Position numbers and translations under genes: made by a program. Below are positions 10,615 through 21,200 of a stretch of 64,000 nucleotides of DNA, in pieces (the first letter of the stretch is position 1; every line of letters starts with the position of its first letter). The notes below the pieces were generated by a model, which worked only from the letters and a program-made list of their open reading frames with translations, was not told the DNA's origin and ran no database searches. The DNA is from Macrostomum lignano. Lineage: Eukaryota. The stretch covers positions 186,001-250,000 of the forward strand of contig NIVC01000528.1 in assembly GCA_002269645.1 (NCBI GenBank), in the 5' to 3' direction.

Positions 10615-11395
10615 CTTCATCTGCCCAGTTCCTCCTGAAGCTTTAGTCATCTGCCCAGTTCCTCCTGAAGCTTCAGTCATCTGCCCAGTTCCTCCTGAAG
10701 ATTCAGTCATCTGCCCAGTTCCTCCTGAAGATTCAGTCATCTGCCCAGTTCCTCCTGAAGATTCAGTCATCTGCCCAGTTCCTCCTGAAGATTCAGTCCT
10801 CTGCCCAGTTCCTCCTGAAGCTTCAGTCATCTGCCCAGTTCCTCCTGAAGATTCAGTCATCTGCCCAGTTCCTCCTGAAGCTTCAGTCATCTGCCCAGTT
10901 CCTTCTGAAGCTTCAGTCATCTGCCCAGTTCCTCCTGAAGCTTTAGTCATCTGTCCAGTTCCTCCTGAAGCTTCAGTCATCTGTCCAGTTCCTCCTGAAG
11001 CTTCAGTCATCTGTCCAGTTCCTCCTGAAGCTTCAGTCATCTGTCCAGTTCCTCCTGAAGATTCAGTCATCTGCCCAGTTCCTCCTGAAGCTTCAGTCAT
11101 CTGCCCAGTTCCTCCTGAAGCTTTAGTCATCTGTCCAGTTCCTCCTGAAGATTCAGTCATCTGCCCAGTTCCTCCTGAAGCTTCAGTTATCTGCCCAGTT
11201 CCTCCTGAAGCTTCAGTCATCTGCCCAGTTCCTCCTGAAGCTTTCGTCATCTGCCCAGTTCCTCTTGAAGCTTCAGTCATCTGCCCAGTTCCTCCTGAAG
11301 CTTCAGTCATCTGCCCAGTTCCTCCTGAAGCTTCAGTCATCTGCCCAGTTTCTCCTGAAGCTTCAGTCATCTGCCCAATTCCTCCTGAATCTTCA
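10615..11395. repeat. 30-bp minisatellite CTGCCCAGTTCCTCCTGAAGCTTCAGTCAT (~26 copies)
   Basis: Tandem units visible; the minus strand reads (MTEASGGTGQ)n. Confidence 0.97.
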
Positions 11396-12024
11396 TGTCA
11401 GACTTCTTGAGTGATGGACAAACGGTGTACCTTCTGAAGCCTCAGGCTGCTGCCCCGCATTTTCTGAAGCATCTGCACGTCATCTGAACGGTTCCTCCTG
11501 CAGCCCTAGTTTCCTATTCCATTCCTCCTGTTTGAAAGAAATTTGACCTTATTTTTCACCTGTTTAGTTCAGCAAAGGGAAGGCAGTGTACAGCATAAGC
11601 TATTCAAAGTCGCCATTTTAGTCCGTATGCTTTTCTATTTTGAGCCTGGGCAGTAACAATAAAGCAGTTGCTGAACAAAACAAGTATGAAACTTTTCATA
11701 AAGTTTTCTTCATTTTATCACAAGTTTAGAGAGCTCAAAGCCTAGTTCTATTCATGTATTTACATTGTATCACTAAATTCCATAACAGTTAAAAATAAGG
11801 CATGCAACACTAACAAAGTCAAAATGCTGTAACAAACAATTTAACAGAAGCGAATGAAGCAACATTTGCTTTTTCTAAGCAAGCAAGTCCTGGAAGTGAA
11901 GACACACCGGCAAGCCAGCAGGCAGTCTCGAAAATCTTTTAGCAAGTTAAAATCTCAGAAAGACAGCAAAACACATAATTGGACTGGCTCGGGGACAGGC
12001 CTGAATGCATTCTTGAGGGCTGGG

Positions 12025-12470
12025 CGGGTTTGAATCTGTTGTTCAAATGGGGGCGGATTTGAATCTGTTGTTCGAATGGGGGCGGATTTGAATCTGTTGT
12101 TCGAATGGGGGCGGATTTGAATCTCTTGTTCAAATGGGGGCGGATTTGAATCTGTTGTTCGAATGGGGTCGGATTTGAATCTGTTGTTCGAATGGGGGCG
12201 GATTTGAATCTGTTGTTCGAATGGGGGCGGATTTGAATCTCTTGTTCAAATGGGGGCGGATTTTAATCTGTTGTTCGAATGGGGTCGGATTTGAATCTGT
12301 TGTTCAAATGGGGTCGGATTTGAATCTGTTGTTCAAATGGGGGCGGATTTGAATCTGTTGTTCAAATGGGAGCGGATTTGAATCTGTTGTTCAAATGGGG
12401 GCGGATTTGAATCGGTTGTTTAAATGGGGGCGGATTTGAATCTGTTGTTCAAATGAGAGGGCGGTTTAAA
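12025..12470. repeat. ~29-bp minisatellite GAATCTGTTGTTC(A/G)AATGGGGGCGGATTT
   Basis: About 15 tandem copies, just past the DnaJ stop codon. Confidence 0.96.
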
Positions 12471-12498
12471 TCTGTAATTGAATCGGTTTTGAGGCCGG

Positions 12499-15400
12499 TT
12501 AGCCAGTGGAAGCGGCAGCCGTCCTCTCCTCAGCCTCCAGCTTGTCCAGCTCCTGCACCAGCTCTGCGCTCAGTCTGGGCCGCAGGGCTGCCCGGGTCTC
12601 TGCTGACCAGGCGGTCGCCGACCTGCGGAAGTTCGCCAGCCGGCGGCTCTGCATGCTGCGCGCATGCGACGACGCCACGGTGCGGGCTCCGCGGAATCCG
12701 CCGCCAAGCTGCGCCAGGTAGTCGGGATCGATGTCGCCTGGGTCAGGCTTGCTTGGCGATGCCCGCTGCTGCTTGGCGGAGCGCTGGAAGGAGAGACAGG
12801 CTGCCAACTTTAACACAACTGGTGTTTGCGTGTGTAAAGAATAAAATAATTAATGATGGATGGGATGGCGCTGCCCACAGCTGAATGGGATGGCGCTGCC
12901 AAACAGCTGGATGGGATGGCGCTGCCCACAGCTGGATGGGATGGCACTGCCAAACAGCTGGATGGGATGGCGCTGCCCACAGCTGGATGGGATGGCGCTG
13001 CCAAACAGCTGGATGGGATGGCGCTGCCCACAGCTGGATGGGATGGCGCTGCCAAACAGCTGGATGGGATGGCGCTGCCCACAGCTGGATGGGATGGCAC
13101 TGCCAAACAGCTGGATGGGATGGCGCTGCCCACAGCTGGATGGGATGGCGCTGCCAAACAGCTGGATGGGATGGCGCTGCCCACAGCTGGATGGGATGGC
13201 GCTGCCCACAGCTGGATGGGATGGCGCTGCCCACAGCTGGATGGGATGGCGCTGCCACACAGTTGGATGGGATGGCGCTGCCACACAGTCGGATGGGATG
13301 GCGCTGCCCACAGCTGGATGGGATGGCGCTGCCCACAGTTGGATGGGATGGCGCTGCCCACAGCTGGATGGGATGGCGCTGCCCACAGCTGGATGGGATG
13401 GCGCTGCCACACAGTTGGATGGGATGGCGCTGCCACACAGTTGGATGGGATGGCGCTGCCCACAGCTGGATGGGATGGCGCTGCCCACAGTTGGATGGGA
13501 TGGCGCTGCCCACAGCTGGATGGGATGGCGCTGTCCCCATTCGCACCTGCTGTCCGGCTCTTCTCCACTGCGGCGCCATGGTGGCCATTCGCTCCCCTTT
13601 AGTGTCCTCCGACTGCTTGAGCAGCGACATGGCCAGCTGGTATTCGGTCTCGTCCCGCCGGTGCTGGCTGGCCTGGATGATGGACATCACGAACAAGCGG
13701 ACGCCCACGCCGATGACGATGACTGCAGCCAGGGCGACCACGATTTTCACCTGATGGCGGGGGCATTCGCGAGCCAGATCATGAAGTTTAGTCACGGTAA
13801 TTCTATTTCTATGTTTGGATCCCACGCACCAATACTATGTGCATATATTCACCCTGGCGCAACGCTTTCGGCGAAATCGCCCCAAATTGTGAATCGCACA
13901 GAATCGAACCAAGGACCATGCGCCTGAGAGTCGGACGCATGCTTGTTGAGCCCCCCCCCCCAGTGCCTAAGCGCCGACTCTTTTGACCTTGGCAAAACCC
14001 AAATGAAAGACGCAGCCGCACCTTGAAGCTGCTGTTAACCTCATCGTCCCAGCTGGCCGACTCCGGCCCGCCCTGCTGCTGCCGCGAGGCCCGGTACATC
14101 CACTCCATCTCGTGACGCATTCGCTGCTCAAAGTCGCTGGGCCCGGCGCTCCGGCGGCCTCCGCCTGGCGGCGGCGGTGAGGCGGAGGAAGCCGCTGAGG
14201 AGGCGGCGGCCGCGGACCGCCAGAGCCGCTCCGAGTCGTACAGGCGGCGCCGGTCGGCCCGGCCGAGGGTCTCGTAGGCGGCGTTGATTTCGGCAAATTT
14301 CTCCGAGCTGCTTTGCGCGGTCTTCGCGTCCGGATGGTACTACGGCGGGGCGGCGAGATCAAAGAGAATTATTAGCCGACAAAATTGAGGCACTGAAAAA
14401 CTGCACCGCTCTGCTACAGACGGCTCCGAATTCAACACATTTTTCCCCTGACTTTACCCAGAATGGCGTGGTGAACTATCTGTGCAGTATGGCCCCTCTC
14501 CCTGCCAGCGATGCTCAATACCTGTCTCCTTTCGGTGGCCTGATAGCTCAAGAGACTTTGTCTTCTGCTTTGCACCTTGGAAGTCGAGCACTTCGAAGAG
14601 TAATCGTCCCGTGGGTGTTAAGGCAGATCTCCTGGGTCTTACTGAGCACAGTTCTTGGTGTGACCATAAGCTCATGCTCTAAGGTCCCAGTGTAACTCCG
14701 TGCTGATAAACGCTTGGCCAGGGAGTACTCTGGTCACTAACGATTCCCGTGGTATTTTTCTTTTCTTTTGGGGACCTGCCGCTTGGTTTGGGGCCGCGGC
14801 CTTGCGGCTCTTTGCCTGTGCTCTGTAGAAAGTCCCAACTTTTCCACTTCGTCAACGGTTTCTAGCCCAAGTGAATTGCCGGTTGCGAATGACACAGTGC
14901 TTCCAGTAGGGGCCGTGGAGCCGTGGCCATACCACCTGCTACCATCAGGGACGCCCCGGCGTGACCCGTGGAGCAAACTCTGAGCGGTGCCTCTAAGAAG
15001 ACATCTGTCACTCCAACCGCCTCTGCCACTCCAGCTGCTCGTCGCTGAATGCTGCTTGCCTTCTTATTTGGCCGAGTGATGCTGACTCGAGGACGCTGCA
15101 GCCTTGAACTGCTGCCCGAGCAGAGCTGGGACCTCAACCTTAGCCTTCTGCAGAGAGGACGAATCTGGGGTCCAGCCAGCAGCGTTGTTACCTCTGTTGA
15201 CGAGCTCGAGTCTGGGCCGCTGGCACATCAGAGCGCCACGCTAGACCACTAGGCTACGGCCATCCCTCACAGCGCAGCTAAGTCAAGTAAGCCCACCAAT
15301 GCCATTCTCTCACCAGCTTTGACAGTTCAATGTAGGCCTTCTTAATCTCTGCTTGGGTTGCGGCGGGGCTCACCCCTAGCTTGTCATAGAGGTTGGCAGA

Positions 15401-15554
15401 GCTGAGGCATCTGGAATGAGAATGAGTGATGAGGTGGGAGCTTTAAATAAAGGATTTGATACAGATAAAAAACTAGGATGTAGGAAACTAGTGATGCAAT
15501 GCTTTACCTTCGAAAAAGTACATATATATACTTTTTTCTCCAGATAATGTTCAT
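12499..15554 (-). CDS. Type III DnaJ protein (DNAJC30/DNAJC4-like), putative mitochondrial presequence plus one TM, 310 aa, 5 exons
   Basis: Exons 15554-15508, 15410-15314, 14339-14040, 13750-13547, 12783-12499; all GT-AG, phases 2,0,0,0 consistent. MNIIWRKKYIYVLFRRCLSSANLYDKLGVSPAATQAEIKKAYIELSKLYHPDAKTAQSSSEKFAEINAAYETLGRADRRRLYD is a J-domain with HPD; TM is VKIVVALAAVIVIGVGVRLFV. Confidence 0.9.
12855..13535. repeat. Intronic ~25-bp minisatellite GGATGGGATGGCGCTGCCCACAGCT
   Basis: Fills DnaJ intron 4 up to the donor site; explains six overlapping repeat ORFs. Confidence 0.97.
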
Positions 15555-16601
15555 AGTGTCTGAAAAATAAAAATGTGATTTGGTAATCAATGCTGATTAA
15601 ATACTTTCTCTATTCAATACTTCATTAAAAGTTAGTATTATTATTATTATATATGCCTGTATTATAAAGCAAAAGCAAGAATATATAATCTTTTGAATAA
15701 AAGTTTATATTGTTATGTATAAGATTGTTACAATATAGCCCCTATTATCTCTATGGGGAATGGCTATTAGCTGATGCCATCTATATAAATGTCTAATTTT
15801 ATATGCATTAACCTAACCTCTGGACTGAAAATATACTAATTATATAACTTAGTTATGAATAAAATTATATTGTTTATTTTTGCAAATTACCTAAAATTTT
15901 GTTAAACCTAATTTTCTAACTTATCTTTAGTCTACCAAAATTTTTGAAAGTTGGATTGGTTGGCAATAGTATATGCATGCTTATAATTCTTTTAAATTTA
16001 TTTACTTATTATTGCTTTATTGATTAATACTAAAGGCAGTTATACCTACTTGGCTCCATTGACTCTTAGATAAAAGCACTTATTTATAGGCATATAAGTA
16101 TCTTGCTATTGTACTAAGGACAAGGTACTTGACTATTTATCTATAAGCATTTTGTCTATTAATAAATAGAGTCAAACTAAAGTCTGAAAAATATTGTAAA
16201 AGAATAGAAACAATATTTTTTAAAACTTGTATTTAGGACTAATATTATACTTTAGAAGATATTATTTATAGGCATACTAGAACTTTTTAACATGTATTTG
16301 GCACCACCTCTTGGCTCTTGGGGGGTTGCCAGATTAGGTGACAACCTCATTAGTTTTGAACTATTATGCATACTGCATAGGCTCCACTAAATTATATGGC
16401 CACTCATCTTATAGAAATGAAATAAGTTAGGCCCTATAGTTAGCATAGGAATCAAAATCAAATGTATCTAGGCCTATTGACATAGCTATATTAACTATAT
16501 TGCTTTCTTCCCTTAAAATATTTCTCAATATAGAAACATGGTGTATTTGGATTATTTCAAGAGTAAATAAATAAAGCTTAAGATCAACATTTATGGCGAA
16601 A

Positions 16602-16639
16602 ACCAACGCGTTTCAACCCACTAGGGCTGTCGTCAGGGT
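16602..16639 (-). ncRNA. Minimal type I hammerhead ribozyme (opposite-strand copy)
   Basis: Reverse complement reads ACC-CUGACGA-C-AGCCC-UAGU-GGGUU-GAAA-CGCG-UU/GGU. Confidence 0.78.
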
Positions 16640-16706
16640 ATATTTTATCACTGAACGAAACACTCAATATAAATAAGCTTAAGTGTTTCGTTCAGTGATA
16701 AAATAT

Positions 16707-16749
16707 ACCCTGATGACGGCCCTAGCCTAGTGGGTTGAAACGCGTTGGT
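16707..16749 (+). ncRNA. Minimal type I hammerhead ribozyme
   Basis: ACC-CUGAUGA-C-GGCCC(loop)GGGUU-GAAA-CGCG-UU/GGU: intact catalytic core, 3-bp helix I (ACC/GGU), palindromic ACGCGU helix III as in dimer-acting PLE hammerheads. Confidence 0.8.
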
Positions 16750-18221
16750 TTTCGCCATAAATGTTGATCTTAAGCTTTGTTTATTTGCTATTAATTAAGC
16801 GAGCAACTCTACCACAATTTCAAGAGTATGTTATCATTAGGTTGCAGGATTTACTGTCATTTTGTTTAAATATTTTTATTTAACTTTTACTATACTATAG
16901 TTGCAAATCCAGAAAATTTTGAATAGAGGGTATAGACTACTAAGGTACATGTATATGAATATCATGCACAAGTACATGATGTGTATTTCCCATATAAAAA
17001 TTTAAAAAATCAAACTCAATGGGGGTATATCGTACGTGGGGGGGGGGGTACATGCTGTGCAGTGTGCACCCCTCTGCTAAATCCACCACTGACTGTGCAT
17101 TTTAAATTAGAAGTGTTTCTCTCTAGCTACACGTGATTTGTGCAGAAATTTTGACTGTTGTTGAGTATATTCATGCCAATTATGGCATTGGCGATGCTAG
17201 TAGGCAGGCACTAGGCTGTCTATGTAAAAAGTGGGCATTAATCATGCAGATGAATGTTGTTATGTACGCAAAAATGAAGAGGCCCGTAACGATACTACGT
17301 AACAGCAACATCGTCTTTTCTGATAACGCATATATTATATTTTAGTCCCATTATTTGAGTTTACTTTTCGTAATTTTATAACATCAATCAGATTCCCGTA
17401 GTTGCACTGCTTGTACACCATCATCAGTAAAAAATTGGATGTGACTTTTGCTCGGGGTTCTAATAAAATGTAGTTGTTTGAAATTTCATACACTATTTTT
17501 AAAAAATAATAGCTTTGCATGATATTTTTATAAAATCATGAAAGTATGATACTGTAAACAGATTTGGTAACTGTTTAGTATTTTTTGTAGTTTTAAATGT
17601 TTAGCTTTTTGTTTCACAGCTGAAAAGTTCAAAATTTCGTTTTTCAAAGAAACTGAAAGCTGCGTAGGAGGAAGAGATTAATCCTTATAGACTTGGGATA
17701 TTCAGTCAACAGGCAAAGCAATTGCATTGATTTTTCTATATACTGCAACACTAAAGTTTTACATATCAAGTCAGGCGATAAATTCAGATATTTTGACTAC
17801 ATTTTTACATGATTTTCCTCTAATCCATGGGCTAAAATACAAATGCAGTTTATTAAGTGTGATGCGACATCACGTACCAACCATGCCATCGCCTGGTAAT
17901 AGATGATTCGTTATTACTAAAGTTTAATGAGTTTTCTGGATTGCAGCTGTAGTATAGACATAATAGACGGTTGTTAGTCACCCAGACAATGTGAATAAAT
18001 AATGAGTTGAAGCACTTCTCTTTCTATTCTAACTTTTTATTTACAACATAAATTTAAATCATATCAATCATACCTTTGACTTTATTAATTTTTTGTTACA
18101 CAAATCTACAGTAGTCATAATTCCTTCACCTTTCATTAACTTGTTGACATCTTCCCACATAGTTTATCTGTAACTGATGCTATAGACATACATAGTATAG
18201 GCCTAATAAAGAAAAATCAAG

Positions 18222-21200
18222 ATGGTACTTGGAAATTTATTCAACATAGCAAAAAATCCTATTTTGCACTACTTGTCTAGGTAAGTAAAGATTATTCTAA
18301 TAGTGCTATAATTTTCATTTTATCATATTTTTCAAAGGTATTGAATTTTTGTTTTCTGTTTTAAAAAGGCATTGTCAAAAATTTCTAAGCTTAGCCATTG
18401 GTAGTTTAAAAATGATATAATGCAACCTTTAGACACTAAATAACATTGTCATTACATGATACAAATCGAGATGGTAATATGCCTATTAATATTAATTGTA
18501 AGTTTAATACTTATAAAAAACTACTCTATAGCTTCATACTAAAAAGCATTAATAAGATATAAAAATAGCCAAATGGGATATTTGCACAATCCAATCCTTT
18601 ATTTCTATGCAAGGCCTAAGTATGCTAGACTTCTATTATGATTGTATAATACCTTCTTTACAAGAGTGTCTTAAGAAAGATTATATGCTTTGGTAAAATT
18701 TATTAATACAAAAAGTAAAAATTTAAATAGAAAATTTAAATAAGTTTAAATTTTGGTTAAAATATTTTATAGCTATTATCTATTAATACCTTACTGCTAT
18801 GTATAAATATGAGTCAGTATCTATAACAAGTTTTTAATTACTAGCTGCCATTTTAAAGTTAATAAATCTTGTTACCAAAGACTTCATTAGCATAGCTAAA
18901 AATTCCTTACTCTAGGATAGCATGATAGAACTTAAAATATAATATTCATAAAAATTAAAATCTAGAATATATATTAATCTTTTTCAACTATTGGCAATTC
19001 TTTTTATACTTTTTAAGGTGTATAATATAGCAATAGCTTTAATTTGAATATAAAGGTTTAGTTTCATTGACAATGATTTTATCTATATTGCTGATTAGTT
19101 TAACAAAAGTTCAGGTATACTCAACAGATTATAGCTTTATAAGTATATATGGCTTTGTTTACTTTATTTGGAGCTTACCTTATTTTAAGAGGATGAGAAC
19201 CCTGCATTGATAGTTGGAAGTTGTTGGCAATTGGTTTTGTGTAGTGAGGTATGATGAATGCATATTGAAAAGGATAATGGGAGGTATGCATGTGCAACCT
19301 TGGGAATCACCCAGCTGTTTCTATTGGCAACAAACCCATGTCTATTGGCTGACACGCAAAGGCTATTGGCTGAGAGCAGTTGCTCCCCACTCACCACCAT
19401 CAGATTCGCCAAGAACCTGTCTCCAGAGCACCTGAAGCTGAGCTTCGTAAAAGGCGAAGGCGAGCTCACCAACCTGGAGCTGAACGAGGAGGCCATCATG
19501 CAGCTGCTGGACCTGCCCACCTGGCTGCGGCTGCGCAGCGCCCGCTGCAACCGGGTCTGCATCCGCTGCCAGTGGACCAAACTGCAGAAGCAGCCGCTCT
19601 GCCTCACCCTGGATGAGGTCACGGTTGAAATTGAAGCCTTGGACAGCCCTCGGCCGCCGCACAGCTCCGACACGGCCAGCTACAAGGACAAAACCTCCGA
19701 CGGGCGCTACAGCTTTGCTGATAAAGTTATTGACGGCATCGATCTGTGCGTGAACTCGGTGGCCATCGTCTTCGTTGCCAAGGCGTTTCGAGCGTCTATT
19801 CAGGTGCGAGCTTTGCGTGTCATTTCAGATTCCTATTGTACTCAATCACTGGTGCATTTCGGCCCAGAGCAAAGAGAATTGATTAACACAGGTACGAAGC
19901 TAAGTAGAGCAAATGGCAGATGCATTCGATGTGAGGTAATGCTCTCTCTGGACACCGAGTGCTGGCAGCACAAATGTTTTGGGAGTAATTCCTTGAACCC
20001 CATTCGAAATGTATTCGATCCCAAATTTCCATCTAATCCCATGGCCCGATCCTTAGTATGCTGATCCTGATCCGCTATTCCATGTTCATCAGATCCTTAA
20101 TCCATGATCATCAAATCCCTAAATCCCATGATAATCAAACCCCTAATCCCATGATCATCAGATCCCTAATCCCATGATAATCAAATCCCTAATCCCATGA
20201 TCATCAGATCCAAAATCCTATGATCTTCAGATCCCTAATCCTATGATCATCAGATCCCTAATCCCACAATTAGATCCCTAATCCCACAATGTGATCCGTA
20301 ATCCCACAATGAGATCCCTAGTCCCATAATGAAATCCCTAGTCCCAAAACTAGATCCCTATTCTCCCAACTTTTCCAGCTATCCCGGGTCCATCTGTATT
20401 CAGTGCTGCCCACCTGGACGAAGGGAGACCTGAAGTTCACCTACCTGCGCAGCCGGGCTCGAGACCAGATCCTGCTGTTCAAGGAGGTGGTGTGGGAAAC
20501 CACGCGGTTCGAGGCTGGCAACTCAGAGGACTGGGGCGGCACGCTGGTGCGCCTCATCACCAACACATCGCGGATTCGGCTGACCATGAAGAAGAACCTG
20601 GCCGGTAAGGCTGGGGGCCTGGCTGCGCTTTCATTAATTTTGCTGAATATTCATTACTGTGGATTTGAATTTGTCTTATTTGGCTTCTTTTTCACCTCCT
20701 TGTACCCTAGTAGCTTATTTAGTTAGCTCCCTTCTCTCTCCTTCATCTCTTCCCTGCCCTCTCATCCCTGCCCTCTCATCCCTGCCCTCTCATCCCTGCC
20801 CTCTCATCCCTGCCCTCTCATCTCTGCCCTCTCATCCCTGCCCTCTCATCCCTGCCCTCTCATCCCTGCCCTCTCATTCCTGCCCTCTCATCCCTGCCCT
20901 TTCATCCCTGCCCTCTCATCTCTGCCCTCTCATCCCTGCCCTCTCATCCCTGCCCTCTCATCCCTGCCCTCTTCCCTGCCCTCTTCCCTGCCCTCTCTTC
21001 CTTGCCCTCTCTTCCCTTGGCCTATCCCTCTCCCCTGTACCCTCCCCTCACACCTCCTTCCCTCTCCCCCCTCTCCCTTTTCCTCTTTCTTCACCTCTTC
21101 CTCCCTCCCTCTCCCCTCTCACCTCACCCTCATCCCTCCTCTTTCCCCTCTCCCTCTCACCCTCCTCTCCCATCCCTCCCTCGTTCCCCTCACCATCTCT

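Larger units (their letters stand above)
16566..16816. mobile_element. Penelope-like element (PLE) pseudo-LTR remnant: ~100-bp inverted repeat with 12-bp TSD
   Basis: Arms 16566-16664 and 16682-16786 are reverse complements apart from a few substitutions and a 5-bp indel; ATTTCAAGAGTA is repeated at 16554-16565 and 16817-16828; each arm holds a hammerhead core. Confidence 0.8.

Noticed and set aside
12743-13927. Six overlapping 200-360-aa ORFs
   Set aside because: Products of an intronic minisatellite; only 13750-13547 and 12783-12499 are real exons.
15200-15270. tRNA-like sequence on the minus strand
   Set aside because: A-box only; no convincing B-box, cloverleaf or acceptor stem.
17030-17095. 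CTAAATCCACCACTG resembling a hAT-type MITE end (also GAGTTTGCGAACCCTTG near 42150)
   Set aside because: No matching opposite terminus or TSD found.
19804-19830. Read-through VRALRVIS suggesting a non-canonical (AT) donor in BLTP3
   Set aside because: A canonical GT donor at 19804 and AG acceptor at 20378 give LSRVHLYSV, a better family match in the correct phase.
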